64,000 nt of DNA from Eledone cirrhosa (GCA_964016885.1 OZ024741.1:186310001-186374000); one strand, 5' to 3'; numbered from the stretch's first letter, positions 22,027 to 36,913 are shown. A program made the numbers and translations. The notes: a model not told the origin generated them from the sequence alone.

Positions 22027-25000
22027 CAGTACAGCAAGTACACTTGGACCCGGAGGGTAGACTGGTAGTCCTAGACGTGAACAGTATTGGAGGAGGAGCC
22101 TTCAGACTGGTGGCCATTTATGCGTCGACCGGGCAATCACAATCGCGGCCAGACTTCTTTAAGCGTCTGGAGTCTTTTCTGGGAACGTCTGGATCTTTGC
22201 TTTTAGTGGGGGACTGGAATGGTATCCTAGATGCACGATGGAAAAATGTAGGAGCATGTCCCAGTAGAGCAGGGTGCAACAGCCTCAAAAATCTAATCGG
22301 CCAATTCCAACTGGCCGATAGATATCGATTAGATTTCCCAACTGCACCACAGTAGAGGTGGACAAACCGCAGCGGGACATCTAGATCGTATCTAGATAGG
22401 TTTTTCATTAGAGAAAAGGATAAGAAGATGTTAAGCTGTCCACAAATGCACATGGTTGCCTATTCAGATCACAAACTAGTCGTTTGCATAGCCAACCGTG
22501 ATAGAATACATAAACAACGACCCGCATATTGGAAGCTGAACGTGTCGTTGCCGACATGAAAAGCCTACAGTGAACGGATAAATAGATTAGTTAAGCAAGA
22601 GTTGACGGGAGCCATCGTCAACAATAGAGGGTGGTACTCTCTCAAGAGAGCAATTAGAGTAGAATCGATAGGGTTTAGCAGAGAATTAGCTTTAGAGGAA
22701 AGCAAATCAGAAACAGAACTAGAAGCCAAACTAGAAGAGGCGCTTAGGAGTGGCAATGCAGCTAGAGTGCTAGCATCAAGAACGGCACTGGACCAGTTCT
22801 TCGACGCGAAACACGAAGGCTGCGTGGTCAGAAGTAAATCACGTGCTCTAGGAAACGAGGGAGCAAAAGCTGTTAGATGGGCCCGAGTGGCGGAAGCGAA
22901 AAGTGGCAACAAGTCCACGATTCGGTGTTTGAAAGACCAAAACGGACGTGGGGGACGTGGGCTACTTGACCCCAGGCAGATGTGCGCGGCCTTTCAGCGG
23001 CAATTTGCGCGACTGTTTGAGCAGAACGACGGTGCACCGAAAGGGGCAATGGACTTTGGTTCATACATCGACGGCCTGCCGCGTCTCTCGAGCATGGACG
23101 CCGATCACAACCACTGAGATATGGGACGCTCTGGGCCGCTGCGGGAAACGCAAGTCACTCGGTCTAGATGAGTTTTACATAGGCATGCCGGACTTGTTCT
23201 CTCGCGTCCTCGAGCCGTCTACTGCAATTGGCAGCAGAACGGGACAATTCCCAGCTCTGCAGGCAAGGGCGTAGTAACGCTGATCAAGAAAGACGAGAAC
23301 AAGGCGGAAGAAATAAACAATTTCAGGCTCATAACTCTGCTCAACACAGAGTTAAAGATTTTGGCCAAGGTGCTAGCAACGAGGCTGGCGCTTCTCGTCG
23401 AAAACATGGTAGGGAAAGCGCAAACGTGTGCAATCCTGACCAGGTCTATACACGACAACCTCCACCTCATGCGATACATCATAGAGAGGGTGGGGTGTAA
23501 ACCCGGCTTCGGTGGGGCTCTGATCAATTTAGATCAGTCTAAGGCATTCGATAGGGTCGACTATCGATAGCTGGAAGCGGTTTTCAAGGCGGCCGGTTTC
23601 GGTCCCGTTTTCAGACGCTGGTCCAAGGCGATGCACACCATCATCTGCTCGAAGGTCAACGAAACGGCTACCTATCGGAGCCGTTCGTAATCACGCGTTC
23701 CATTCAACAGGGTTGCCCTCTCTCCTTCATTCTGTACGTATTGACTCTAGAGCCACTACTGCGGAAGTTGGAGCTTTTGCAGGGCATCCCTTTAGAACCG
23801 GGACTGCGAAATGCGCCGTAGGCTTATGCCGACAACGTGACCGTAATGGTGTCGACAATCTTGGAAATCTAGGTAATCGGCAACTTACTACAGCATTACG
23901 AAACGTTCACAGGATCAAAACTGAACCCGAACAAGTCTGTCGGTTTGCAACTCGGAAAGTAGAGAGGCAAACCGATGCCGCCCGACAGCGTCGTCGGACG
24001 CTGGACGGAAGCACCGGTGAAATTGTTCGGGGTCTGGTTCGGTCCAAACCTCCAGGTGGAGAAAAACTGGAACGAGGTCATGGCCAGGGTATTTGCGCTC
24101 ACCCAGAAGTGGGAAGAGTGCAAACTGTCTTTGAATGGTCGAACAAAGGTGGCGAACACTTTCATAGCGTCCGTCATCTATTACCGCTTGACTGTCGTGC
24201 CTTGTCCACGTGAATACCTCACCAAGATGGAACGCATGCTCTTCCAGTTCCTGTGGAAGAAGCAGGTTCCACTGGTGAGGAGATCCGTCTGCTATCAACA
24301 CCCTTTCAACGGAGGGCTGGGCATGCCGTGGCTAATGATGCGCAAACATGCGCTGAGCGTACGGCATCTTCAGGTATTCCTCACCGACCAACCAGTGTGG
24401 ACACCGTTTTTGAGACAGGCCTTCCCACAACTTGTCTCGCTGACGGAGCTGCAGTCCTGGGTGAAGCTAAGAGCGAAAAAGATGGGCGCCTGGCATACTG
24501 AATGCGCTCAGGCGCTCACAGTCCTCTGTCAAGCGGGCACAGCAATCAGTGGAGAATCCACTTCGACATTCTATAGAGGGTTAGTACTTTACAAGTGCGG
24601 CGACGTGCTCGGAGAGACTCTAGGCGTCGAAGACGACGAGCTCACCAGTCTGTTCGGTAGGACTTTCCGCCCGGGACCTATGGGCAGTACTACCGAGGAG
24701 CCCTACCCGTTCGAGATAAGATCTACAGGCACTGACGCCACGGCAGGGATCCTTCCAAGAGGACGTGTCCAAGATGCGAGCAGGACATTGAAACCGTCTT
24801 GCACGCAATTGTACACTTCCCAGGTGTAAGCGACCTGTGGAATTATGCAGAACAACTGCTGTCGCGTATGGGACAAATCCAGTTTACTGCCGAGTCCATA
24901 GTAAGGATCAAATCGCCAGCCTCTTTCAAAAACGAAAGAGAGGCGGTTTTCCTCTGTACGGTGGCTATGGTGAAAGAGGTTATATGGTGGACGAGATTGA

Positions 25001-25415
25001 GAGGAATGAGGACAGATGCCTTTCTCTCCGGACAACAATTGATTCCCTTCTTTATGTATCACTTTAGAAGAAGAATCAGAGTGGAGAGAGAGGCACTGTA
25101 CCCAGTAAATTTACTGAAAGGTGTGTGAATGAAGAGAAAATGGCACCAGTGATTGGGCCTTCTCTGTTTATAAGCCTGTAGGTTGAAGAAGCGAGCAAAA
25201 GTAAGAAGGGGGCACTTGCACAACACGCTCCTGAAGTTGAGGGTTGTTCTATCGACGGGGTATTAAACAACCCACTTGTGGCGTCTCCCCCCTATTGGTC
25301 ATTTCGATTGTTATAATAGTTTTACATATTTTTTTACACGACTGTATGTAAAATCCCCGGCATGTGTCTTTGTATTGTCCCCTTTTTTTGTGCGCCCTTG
25401 TGGCAAATAAAGAAA
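22027..25415 (+). mobile_element. 5'-truncated Tx1/L1-clade element, relative of 13691-19283
   Basis: Runs from VHLDPEGRLVVLDV through GDWN, DQSKAFDRVDY, QGCPLS and AYADNV to a 3'UTR ending aataaagaaa. It has many stops and frameshifts. Confidence 0.92.
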
Positions 25416-25420
25416 TATAC

Positions 25421-25421
25421 C

Positions 25422-25512
<91 letters not shown>

Positions 25513-25769
25513 TATATATCCAGTATATATACAGTATATATACATATATATATATATATATACATATTACATATATATATATACATATACATATATATAT
25601 ATACAAATATATATATACAAATATATATATACAAATATATATATATACAATATATATATATATACAAATATATATATACAAATATATATATACAAATATA
25701 TATATATATGTGTGTGTGTATATATATATATACAGTATATATACAGTATATATATATATATATATATAT

Positions 25770-25842
<73 letters not shown>

Positions 25843-25869
25843 TATACATATATATACATATATATATAC
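25421..25869. repeat. Compound (TA)n/(CA)n microsatellite
   Basis: Read directly from the sequence; it is the source of the spurious YI-repeat ORFs. Confidence 0.95.
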
Positions 25870-26631
25870 ATTTTTTAAAGTTGAGATATTAAACAGAAAA
25901 CAAAAAAAATAACGTGGAAGCGAAGAGGCAGCACAAGTGTTAATAGAAGTTTCACGCTTGAGAGTAGGGGTATGTATGTATATACGTGTGTTTGTGTGTA
26001 TGTATGTATAGTGACTTAACCATCGGTATATGGATTCAGCGACAATTTGTTCGATTTAAAAGGGAAGAAATTCCTTTTTCTCATAAAAGAAAAGAACCAA
26101 ACAGCAAAATAGCCACAAAACTATAACAACAATAAACACGCACACGGAAAAAAAATAACGACTATCAAACCATAAACCTATCATACACACAAAGAAAAAA
26201 ATTTGCTAAGAACGAAAAGCGAACATATGATTCCACTGTCAAACATTCCGCAGCCCTCCAGGCCAGAATCAACGAAATAATGGGCACATATAAGTACAGA
26301 TACATTATTCAAGTACCAGTTGTTGTGGTATGTAATCTCTATGGATAGAAGGAATTATATTTTGCCAGAAGGCGATTAAGAGGCGAAATATAAAGAATCG
26401 TGTCTTGAATAATCTCTAGAATCATTCTTTGGACATCTTCCTTTTCTTTCCATTTCGTTCAGATTTCTTTTCTTGTCTTGTCTTGTCAGTTATGGTTTAA
26501 TAGAATTTCATGGTGCCGTAAATGGATTATTCATATTGGTTTGAAGCATGCACCGGTTCTCATATATTTAGTAAGATGCTGTGCATGTATTAAAGTAGTT
26601 CTGTATATTATATGTGTATATGTGTGTAAGT

Positions 26632-26758
<127 letters not shown>

Positions 26759-28379
26759 TGGTGAGAGAGAGAGAGAGAGGGGGAGAGGGTGAGAGAGATG
26801 TACATACCTGTAATGATGTAAAGTCACACAGGTTTCTTTACTTAGTCAATGTAACTATAGAAATCAGTTCACATGCTCTCTCTTTATATATATTTATCTA
26901 TCTATCTATCTATCTATTTATCTCTCTCTCTCTCTCTTTCTATACACACACACATATATATATGTCTGTGCGTTTCTGTGTGTGTGTGCGTGTGTATATT
27001 TGTGTGTGCATACGATAATATATTCTATTACTGAACTTACAAAAAGTACTCACAGACAGACAAACACACAAACGCACACACGTTCAGCACACATGCATAT
27101 GCGCATAAGTACGCTCACACACACGCATACACATATAACACACTACCACACTAATTCCACACAAACACAACCACAATTCAGTCACAAATTTTGTTGTTAT
27201 TGGTTACTGAAATATTGTGCGTTTTACATGATTGATTTTTAGGCCCAACGAACTTGACCATCTCCTTATAAACAATAAGGCTATGCTTTTACTCCTGTAG
27301 AATGTGCGAGAGAGTGGGAGGATGATTGATAGAGAGAGTATAGATGTCAAATAGAAGCCAGAGAATATACATGTTGAAAGAGACAGCTAGAGGAGCGGAT
27401 AAAAAGAAAAAAAAGAACGAGAGAAACAAAGAAACAAAGAAAGAATGAAGGAAAGAAAGAAAGAAAGAGTGAAAGAAAGAAAGAGAGAAAGAAAGAAGGA
27501 AAAGGAGAGAAAAAAGTGGGATGCCGTAAACTTAGCGTTAAAAGTCAATAAAACAAAATTCGATGTTGCTGGCTCTTTTTTTTCCGATTTCAAATCCTAC
27601 CGAAGCCAACTTCATTAATTTCACAAGGTTACGGAATTAATAAAGCCTATCTATAATATAGATGGGCCTATTATATTGACTCTACCATCCCTTACAATTT
27701 CTGGTTTTCTGAAAATTCTAGTGATCATTATTGCCAGAAAGACATCTTACTTCACTACTTGCCCGCAGTAACATGTAACAACACATTCCATTTCATGGCA
27801 GGGTCGTCAAACACTACGTTTTTCTTCAAAGTAGGGTTTGAAAGAGTTCAAACAACGTTGATATTAATAGCTCTCACAATATTGGCACAATCTTTCAAAC
27901 CTCTTCCCCGACGGAGCTACGTCAGCGAAAGACCGTCTTAGAAAACCGGTGTAGGGTAGCGGCGTTTTAAGTGGTGTGATGTGGAGACTATAAGTTCTAG
28001 GTTGCAATCCACATGATGATGGGCTTACCAGCGAAATCATTAATGGAGGAAAAACTGTATAACATCTACACAAAGGCAGAGGAAGGTGATAATCCAGCCT
28101 CGTAATCCCGCTTCTGTTAAGGCTAACTCTTATAGGAAAGCGGGGCTAGACAGGCAATATATTAACTCTCTGAGATAGAGAGGAGACAATTCCTGTTCCA
28201 AAAATCAACTTCGCGTCTGGCGCTATTCACTTGAAGTTACATTTTATTTTGTTTCTGGTTCAAACAATTCTTCAATAGAAATAGGATATATAGTTTTCTC
28301 GTCTGTGTAAATGAGGTGATTAATTTCATTTGCATATGAAGCTGCATAAGTTGGCTCAACTTATAATAGAATAGAAATA

Positions 28380-28674
28380 GGATTTCGCTTCAAGCATAGC
28401 ATTATACAGATAAGTGTAGGAATTTCGTATTTCTAAAGAAACACGGTATGTTTACAGGAAACATTTAGGAAGCCGTAGCTATGCAAACACCGGGGGCTAA
28501 CGCCCTCAGGTGGTGTCCAGCAGAAGCAAGAGGAACAACTGTCTATGCATTTCAGACTTTACTGGCCTTCAACAGGACGGTCCCTCCCACCGCTTGCATC
28601 TGTTGTACTTGGTTTCTTTAGAAATACGAAATTTCTATACTTATCTGTATAATTCTATGCCTGAAGCGAAATCC
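28380..28674. mobile_element. MITE with ~63-bp TIRs and TA flanks
   Basis: ta|ggatttcgcttcaagcatag...ctaaagaaac pairs with gtttctttag...ctatgcctgaagcgaaatcc|ta. Confidence 0.8.
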
Positions 28675-29913
28675 TATGGTATCTACATAATTTGAAAATG
28701 TTAAACTTAAAGGCAGTGTAACTCATGTTTATTAGTGCTTTCATCCAAAACCAGCCTACAAAATCTCACTATCACAATCTAGATATAGCAATATTAAACC
28801 CAGTCCGAAAACAGTAAAAACAAGCATAAATGTATTCCTCGCTTGCAATAATATTAGGAGTCTACGTACCACGTTTTCTGGAGCTTATTTCCAGAACACG
28901 GATTTCCACTTTGGGGCGTTATCTAAGACTGGTTACGACATAAATATATCTAATACAGCGTTTGACTATACAAGCTACTGACTAAACATATTTTCGAGTA
29001 CCATGACCTTGGTTTTCCTGTTACATAAAATATTTTTTTCTATTTGGTAGAGATATTATGCTCAAGTGTGCTGATTTAATGTTCATGTGTTTCCGACTGA
29101 GCCTTTTCGATGCCGCGTCTTTTACATTCGCCAAAATAGTTTTGCAGCTATTGATAAACTTACATGCCAAATGGACACAGTTCTAGTGGACTACCTATCT
29201 AGAGGCAACCACATGTAGTGACGTCATTATCAACATCAAAAGCTGCTTATTTTCCAAGAAAGGAAACACTCATAACGGATAGAGCTACGATTTCTCCATG
29301 GCATACGAACTAATTCTACTCATTGATTTTTCCAACTCATGTTCCAATACCGTATACTTGTTGGACCTTTCAAAATTGTTGTGCTGCAACAGTCTTGTTT
29401 CCTCCGCTTGAGAGATCTAACCACAGTTTCGTCATGTTTGTTATTAATGTAGAAACCACCAAAAGAATTTACTGTGATATTCTATTGGATTCTGTTCTGG
29501 TAATCTAAAACGGATTGCGAAGGATTTCGTTTATTCCTGGATGATGCTTGACGTTAATATCTTTCACATCTAGAGCATCAAAAGTTGCATTTCGATTCCT
29601 GGTAAGACCTGGAATCGATAAATTTGTTCCGTGTAAAAATATCACTAAATGTCTAATTTACAACGTCGTTTGCTCCAGAATGTGTTGATGCTACAGCTCC
29701 TTCGTACCAGCCTTTCCACCATAGCACCGAAATGCCTGTGACACTAGCAGGAAGAGCAACAACAACAAATATATCGACTAAAAAAACAATGATAAAACCA
29801 ACAAGTAATTAAACGTAGGAAAAGAAAACAATAGAGTAATCATATATATTAGTTTAACGATCGTGAACAGTAGGGAAAGAGTGTTAACATGTACGAGGCT
29901 GGTTCTTCGAAAT

Positions 29914-29973
<60 letters not shown>

Positions 29974-30070
29974 GTATTTGAGGGAGAGAAAAACAAATTG
30001 CAAGATTGACAACACCAAGACATGACAGAAAATAGCGGAAATTTAGACAGATGCATGTTAATCTGGAAGT

Positions 30071-30731
30071 GATGGCAGTATCGTAGAGGGTCGGACGCCA
30101 TGCTTTGCAGCAAAGACCTACGGCCCTTTATGGTCTGAGTTCAAATCCCGCCAAGGTTAACTTTGCCTTTCATCTTTACTTACTTACTTGTAATTGTACT
30201 TATGTCGACATTCACCCTGGACGGGTTGAGCCGGCTTCTTCCCTTGTCCTGACGGCATCCCGAACCATGGCAGCCCAAGCACGACGATCCGGGGCTAGGT
30301 CACTAAAGATAGCGAGGCAGTTACGGTTCCATAGGCGCAGGCCGACCACCTGCGGACCTGAGAGTTCGGAGAGGTTCTCCTAGATCGTCGTTGCCCAGGT
30401 CTTCAGCTGCCTGCCAACGCGCTTGCGCGAGTTAGGGAGTGGAGGTGGGAGGAGAACATCGCGGATCAGTTCACCCTCAGGGCGCCGGGCCGCGTGACCA
30501 AACCATCTCAAGTGCCGTTGCAGAAGCACTGAAGGAAGGGGTCGAAGATTCAGGTGAAGACTAAGACTGGTGGCAGGTACCCGATCAACGCGTCGGCAGC
30601 CAAGAATGCGGCGTTGACAGTCATTGTCGAAGACCTCCAGCCTTTCATCCTTACGGGGTCGATAAAATAAAGTACCAGTAATACACTGGGATAATTGCTG
30701 GTCTTGTGCCAAAAGTAGAAACAGTTATATT
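30071..30731 (+). mobile_element. tRNA-derived SINE split by an RTE insertion
   Basis: SINE halves lie at 30071-30179 and 30640-30731. Confidence 0.9.
30180..30639 (-). mobile_element. 5'-truncated RTE LINE
   Basis: Reads LEVFDNDCQRRILG..LRWFGHAARRPEGELI..DRRAWAAMVRDAV with an (AAGT)n tail. A 15-bp TSD gcctttcatcYttac lies at 30165 and 30640. Confidence 0.9.
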
Positions 30732-30756
30732 ATTGAGGTACGTATATCTCTATATA

Positions 30757-30825
30757 TAGGGTGTCTCAACAATTACTATCTATTTTTGTGTAACTATTGC
30801 TATTCAATATACTTTTGAGACGCCT

Positions 30826-30827
<2 letters not shown>
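30757..30827. mobile_element. Tiny Tc1-type MITE
   Basis: Inverted ends agggtgtctcaa and ttgagacgcctt. Confidence 0.5.
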
Positions 30828-30883
<56 letters not shown>

Positions 30884-30943
30884 TAGGAATAACCAAAGAG
30901 TACTTAGAAATACATTGTTTTATTAGCTAACAGTGTTTCATCC

Positions 30944-30986
<43 letters not shown>

Positions 30987-31443
30987 CATATTAAAAAAGT
31001 GTTTAATTACTGATTGCTGTCCCTCCCCTGCAGCATGTTACAGCAGTAAACTGTAAAAACATTGTTTTCAAAGGTTATGGGAGGTTAGCATTCCCAGAAT
31101 TATGAAACGGTAGATTTCTTAATAGATGTTCTGCCTGGTATTACCAGCTCTCATAACCTGGTGTTAAAATAATCTATGCCTGTCATTAGTGCAGATATAG
31201 TAGTATTTACTGAAGTTATAATCAAACGTAACCTCAGTATATAGTTTTATTAGCGTTAATGTTATGAAGTCTATGGAAGCAAGTAGTGGCTATCTACGGT
31301 TTATCATCGTATATTTTGTTAGGTTATTTACATGTACCAGTTTGTTTTACAAGGTACATGTAACCACAAACTAATCCTATTCATGCATGTACCCAAACCA
31401 TATATGTACAGTCACCCACAACCATATATACACATATACACAA

Positions 31444-31506
<63 letters not shown>

Positions 31507-31718
31507 TATATATATGCATATATATATATAGATAGTTTTGCGAGGTTTTTTATATGAAATCGTGTGTCGACCCTCGGTCAGTGAATGGCAACATTGATGA
31601 CCGAATAAATTAGATTACCGATATTAAAGACACAGAAGCGAAAAGCGAAAACCAACCAAACAGTGTATTCTGTTATTGATTCTGGCAATATTACACAAAT
31701 ATGACCCTCCCCAAGTAT

Positions 31719-31764
<46 letters not shown>

Positions 31765-31766
<2 letters not shown>

Positions 31767-32257
31767 TTTCTGAATTTGTTTAGCAAGATTCTTTATCTGA
31801 AATCGTGTGTTGAAACCGGTATTGTTATACTTTGGTAGGGTCATGTTGCCAATAAGAAACACACGCACCAGTTGCTTTCACTTCAATTTATTATATATTT
31901 ATAAATTTATAAATTTACAAATCTACAAACTTATAAATTTCTGGTTGGTTGGTTGGTTCTACAAACAGATAGTTGTTTATATATAGTCATAGTCCTTTCG
32001 TCACACAGAAGAAAGGAAAGGCACAGAAACAAAGAAAGGAATCTCCAGTCACTGAAGAGGTCACAGAGTGTGTGATGAAAGGACTATGACTATATATAAA
32101 CAACTATCTGGTTGTAGAACCAACCAACCAACCAGAAATTTATAAGTTTGTAGATTTGTAAATTTATAAATTTATAAATATATAATAAATTGAAGTGAAA
32201 GCACTGGTGCGTGTGTTTCTTATTGGCAACATGACCCTCCCAAAGTATAACAATATA
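31765..32257. mobile_element. pLTR-only foldback copy of the 46167-49487 Penelope family
   Basis: 31765-32002 is inverted and 32003-32257 is direct. It is near-identical to 49180-49487 and has (TA)n flanks. Confidence 0.92.
32047..32091 (+). ncRNA. Minimal type I hammerhead
   Basis: agtca CTGAAGA g gtcac agagtgt gtgat GAAA ggac TA tgact. Confidence 0.75.
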
Positions 32258-32560
32258 TATATATATATATATATATACAAAATTTAGTACAGCATCAACG
32301 AAGCCATGGTTGCAGCCAAGCTAACGAATGCAGTTTCAGTGTGCAGCTAAGCACTCCATAGGGTATATAACCCTAGAGTTATATAACATTACGTTTAGAC
32401 AGCTTTGCAAATTGAAGACAGCGACCGATAGAAGGGCCGCAGTGACCATAGCCACGAAAATGACTGAACTCAGGAAATATTTGACTAACCGGACCTACAC
32501 GTCGACATCATACATAACACATAATACATATAATATATACCATATAACATACATCACATG

Positions 32561-32610
<50 letters not shown>

Positions 32611-32612
<2 letters not shown>

Positions 32613-32819
32613 CGAAGGAAATGTGGTAAGGAACCAGGTGGACCATAACGCACCAAAGTACTCAATACTTAGGGTAGTAGAGTGGGTAATAGAGACGAGT
32701 GGAACCCCGACGGCTGAGCTGAAGCCGTTTCGACGGCTAATTCTGGACTCAGTCCAGACTCAGTCCAGAATTAGCCGTCGAAACGGCTTCAGCTCAGCCG
32801 TCGGGGTCTCACTCGTTCC

Positions 32820-32821
<2 letters not shown>
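32611..32821. mobile_element. Foldback PLE pLTR fragment (2261 family)
   Basis: An inverted repeat centred near 32755 contains the 3' half of the HHR (gtc GAAA cggc..gccg TC gggg). The left arm has an extra tail. Confidence 0.8.
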
Positions 32822-32856
<35 letters not shown>

Positions 32857-32857
32857 T

Positions 32858-32900
<43 letters not shown>

Positions 32901-32939
32901 ATGTGTGTGTATGTGTATGTGCGTGTGTGTCTACGTCTC

Positions 32940-33322
32940 AGACCCGTACAGCAAGAAACTCACTTAGATGGTGGATGGGTGCTACACGAGAATGCTGAGG
33001 ATGGCTCTGAACATTAATCAGTAAACACTGAGGATGAAGAACTCAGACATTTATGGGAGCCTCCCAAATGTCAGTTCGAGAGTAGCACAGAGGAGACTGA
33101 GGTTAGCTGGACATGCTCACCGACATCCAGAGTTGACACTGCACTTAGTGCTCCTGTGGGAGCTCCTGTATGGACACACTGGAAGAGGGAGACCGAAGTT
33201 GACATATGTTGATGCCCTAAGGACAGACACTGGTCTCTTGGAGACACAGGACATGGCATCGATGATGAGAGACCGCTGGAGAGAACTCGTCCGTGGATCT
33301 CTGGAATTTTACCCGTCCCAGA
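32940..33322 (+). mobile_element. RTE-like LINE 3' fragment
   Basis: DGCYTRMLRMALN..IYGSLPNVSSRVAQRRLRLAGHAHRHPE..GRGRPKLTYVDALRTDTG. Confidence 0.85.
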
Positions 33323-33326
33323 AATA

Positions 33327-33434
<108 letters not shown>

Positions 33435-33747
33435 AATGGCTACTACAGGACTAGAACCTTTTGATGTATATTCGTGTTATTTATTCATGACTCTGTATGT
33501 GTGAGTCATACCTCTGTCATTGTCTATTTTTATGTTGTATCCTATTCGAGCATTTAAGATAGAAAAGGTAAGTATTTTAAATCATGTTATCGACAAAACC
33601 CGTTTAAGGTACTGAATCAAACTAGCAAAAATAAAAGCGATAGTCTAAAAGGCGTTGTTTTATAAATATAAACTATAAAGTTTTGGTGGTATTTTTAGTT
33701 TTAGACGTTGATTTTGTATTATGCTTTTGCTGTCATTATTGTCCTTC

Positions 33748-33950
33748 GGTGGATTGGCAGTATCGGTAGAGGGTCGGACGCCATGCTTTCCAGCATAGTT
33801 ACGTCCCTTTACCATCTGAGTTCAAATCCCGCCGAGGTTGACTTTGCCTTTCATCCTTACGGGGTCGATAAAATAATCCTTACGGGGTCGATAAAATAAA
33901 GTACCAGTAATGCACTGGTAATTGCTGGCCTTGTGCCTAAAGTAGAAACA
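33748..33950 (+). mobile_element. Full tRNA-derived SINE with internal 23-bp duplication
   Basis: A-box tggcagtatcgg and B-box gagttcaaatcc are present. The TSD attattgtccttc lies at 33735 and 33951. Confidence 0.92.
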
Positions 33951-34297
33951 ATTATTGTCCTTCCTTTAAATCCTTGTTGTGGGTTGTTATTTTTTTTATC
34001 GCGCACTCTCTTAATAAAGGTGTTTCCGAGTGTGTGAATACGTGTGAGTGTCTGCAACTATGAGTGTTTGTGCAAGTATTAGCGGCAGAAAAACGATGGG
34101 TGCGGAAATGGGAAGGCTTGGACCATGAAATATTAAAGATAAAACAGGTTCAAGTGTGCGCTATCCACACACTTTGGCACGCTCTAACCAAACTAATAGC
34201 ACCTGAAGAGAATGGCATATGTGAATGCATTAATATATACACGCCCATGCATAGTTAGATGCATACATGCATAAGGATCTCCTTCTCTCACTCACGT

Positions 34298-34331
<34 letters not shown>

Positions 34332-35081
34332 CTCTCCCTCTCTCTCTGTATATATATGAGTGTGTGTGTGTGTGTGCATGTGCCCGTGTGTGTGGGGGGG
34401 GGGGGGTCTGTGTATGTATATATGTGAATACCTATATACAGACAAACACACGTACACACAGGCACACACACTCACACACATAGGTTGAAATATTGTCGTC
34501 TCAATGTAAATGACTAATAATAATTTATCACTGTAAATAATAGTTGTGTGAACACCGAGTAAAGTATGCGGGGGACGGAAAAAATAGAACTAAACAAAGG
34601 TACCTATATATCTGTGCGAATGCGTGTGTTTGTGTGTGCGTGCGTGTCTGTGTACGTTTTGCAAATTTTCTAGAACAATTGTGTTTTCCATGTTAGACAT
34701 ATAGAACGCCGTAAACGTGGCCTTTGAGGAGAATCTTATAACATCACTATATCCCAGATTATATAAATTCCCGTGTGAACAATAATAAGGCGCCTGAATT
34801 TTATTGGTCATCTTTTTAATGATGATTTTGGGTTATTTTACACATTCTTCGAGTTTATATAGATTCTTTTATTAATTCTATTAATGGTATGTCTGTAAAC
34901 ATCTTTAAAAATCCACAGTGGAAATATTACTGATTAGGATACTTTCTAGAAATTCACCAGATAATCCTATACTAAGTATAATATTCTGGCATATATATTT
35001 TGTGATGATATCCTTTCGTTTAATATATGTAATTTTGGGTGTATTGACCTGGAAGATTTGTGTTCGGAGAATATTATTTAG

Positions 35082-35236
35082 TATGTGCTTTGCAGCACAG
35101 TTACGTCCCTTTACGGACTGAGTTCAAGACCCGGCGAGGTTAACTTTGCCTTTCATCCTTAACGGGTCGATAAAATAAAGTACCAGTAATACACTGGAAT
35201 AATTGCTGGCCTTGTGCCAAAAGTAGAAACAATTAT
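35082..35236 (+). mobile_element. SINE, 5'-truncated
   Basis: Same body and tail as 33748. Confidence 0.88.
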
Positions 35237-36209
35237 TTAGTATGTGCATCTTAACATAACTGTTCGTGTGTGCAAGTCTAGACTTTTCTTTAATGTTCTG
35301 GAAAATGCTAAATTCTGCTTGAGCGATCGCAGCGATAATTAATCTATTGAGTTTTATTTTAGAAAATGAAGTTACATTGTTTAATTTTCTTGAATTTGCT
35401 GTTATCCTTTAATATAATCGTTAATGCTCTTATATCTAATTTCGAAAACAACAACAACAATAACAAAGAATCGTATTGCAAAATATCATTCGTAATGTTT
35501 CTGAAACTTGAGGTCCACTTCTCTGTTAACATATTTAAGAGACAGATCAATAGTATAACCAAAAAGGAATAGAAAATAACTTCGCTTTTTTTATCAGTTA
35601 TTTCCAACTCTGTACAGTTTCGGCCATAATCCAACTTCGGAAATAAAGTATAGACGACACAACAATTGCCGAATTATTCATTCAAGAACACATCTTTTGA
35701 CGGCATAATGTATTATAGTGACGTTGCGAGTGTGACGCGTCAAATATCTAATTGGCTTTAGTGATTAAATATTGAATATTGTTTACTGGAACAGATAATA
35801 TAGGATATAAAGCAGAAGTTGAATAGATTGTATAAATGAAGTCAAGGAGAGGAGACTATGCTTTTGAAGGATAGGTCGTGGTAGTGATTGTGTAATGGTA
35901 CAACGATGGAGTGAGAGAGGTGATAGAAGGTGGATTAATGTCAACTATAAAAAGGAAACAAGTTTACGTGACATAAACAAACATTAAATGTAAACAGACA
36001 TAAATATATACATACATGCAGGCAGTCGTCATTCTCGGGAGACTATATAGTTATGCACAGGACGCTAGTTATGTAGCCGTGTCAGTTGTGGTTTCACAAG
36101 CAGTCTCTTACACTCTTTTCCAATGCAGAAAGCCAGGGAAGATAGATACGGCAGATAGACTTTTACCCATACAGTAGCCCCCGCCATCTCTCCATATTGC
36201 TTTAATAAT

Positions 36210-36391
36210 TGTTTCTACTTTTGGCACAAGGCCAGTAATTACCCAGTGCATTACTGGTACTTTATTTTATCGACCCCGTAAGGATGAAAGGCAAAGTTAA
36301 CCTCGGCGGGATTTGAACTCAGAATGGCAAGGGCCGTAACTATGCGTCAAAGCATGGCGTCCGACTCTCTACCGATACTGCCAATCCCCCC
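36210..36391 (-). mobile_element. Full SINE
   Basis: TSD ttgctttaataat at 36197 and 36392. Confidence 0.92.
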
Positions 36392-36913
36392 TTGCTTTAA
36401 TAATCCAATGGAAAAGCAAATCCCGATGCGCATTGTTCCAGTACCGTCAGAAGAGTTGGCATGACATGGCTGATTACAGCCTCGTTTTACTTTAAATACT
36501 ACGACTGTCCCTCGAGGTTGACCAGTGAAGCCTTTCTCATGGGGAGTTATAACGGAGATTTTAAATCTGTGATTTCCATTATTAGACAAGTTATCGGCTT
36601 ATGTGGACGAGCCACGCCTACAAGTACCAATTGGTTTTAATATGCCTGTGACCCACATTTCGTCACTTGTTCAGTTAGTGGAAACAGTTCCACTGAGCTT
36701 AGAAACTGCGCAATTGTTCGAATGCCGGAGCTGCTTTTGGCTATCAGAATCTATCTGAGACCCAGAACGTGAGAGCAGTTTGTAGAACTGAGAGCTTATC
36801 CTCTCTGTCCACACAACGGCATAACAGCCTTTGAAACCATACATATATCCAGACATGCACACAGCCAACCACATGAACACACACACACACACACACATAT
36901 ATATATGTATATA

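Noticed and set aside
13691-25415. The two oppositely oriented Tx1 copies as one composite inverted element
   Set aside because: They are clearly diverged from each other, have independent lesions, and are separated by 2.7 kb of unrelated repeats.
25249-25912. Long ORFs of YI/IY, HT, RE or CV repeats here and throughout the track
   Set aside because: These are translations of (TA)n, (CA)n and (GA)n microsatellites and give no evidence of coding.
33748-33830. tRNA genes at SINE heads
   Set aside because: A and B boxes are present but there is no cloverleaf, and each continues into the SINE body with TSDs.
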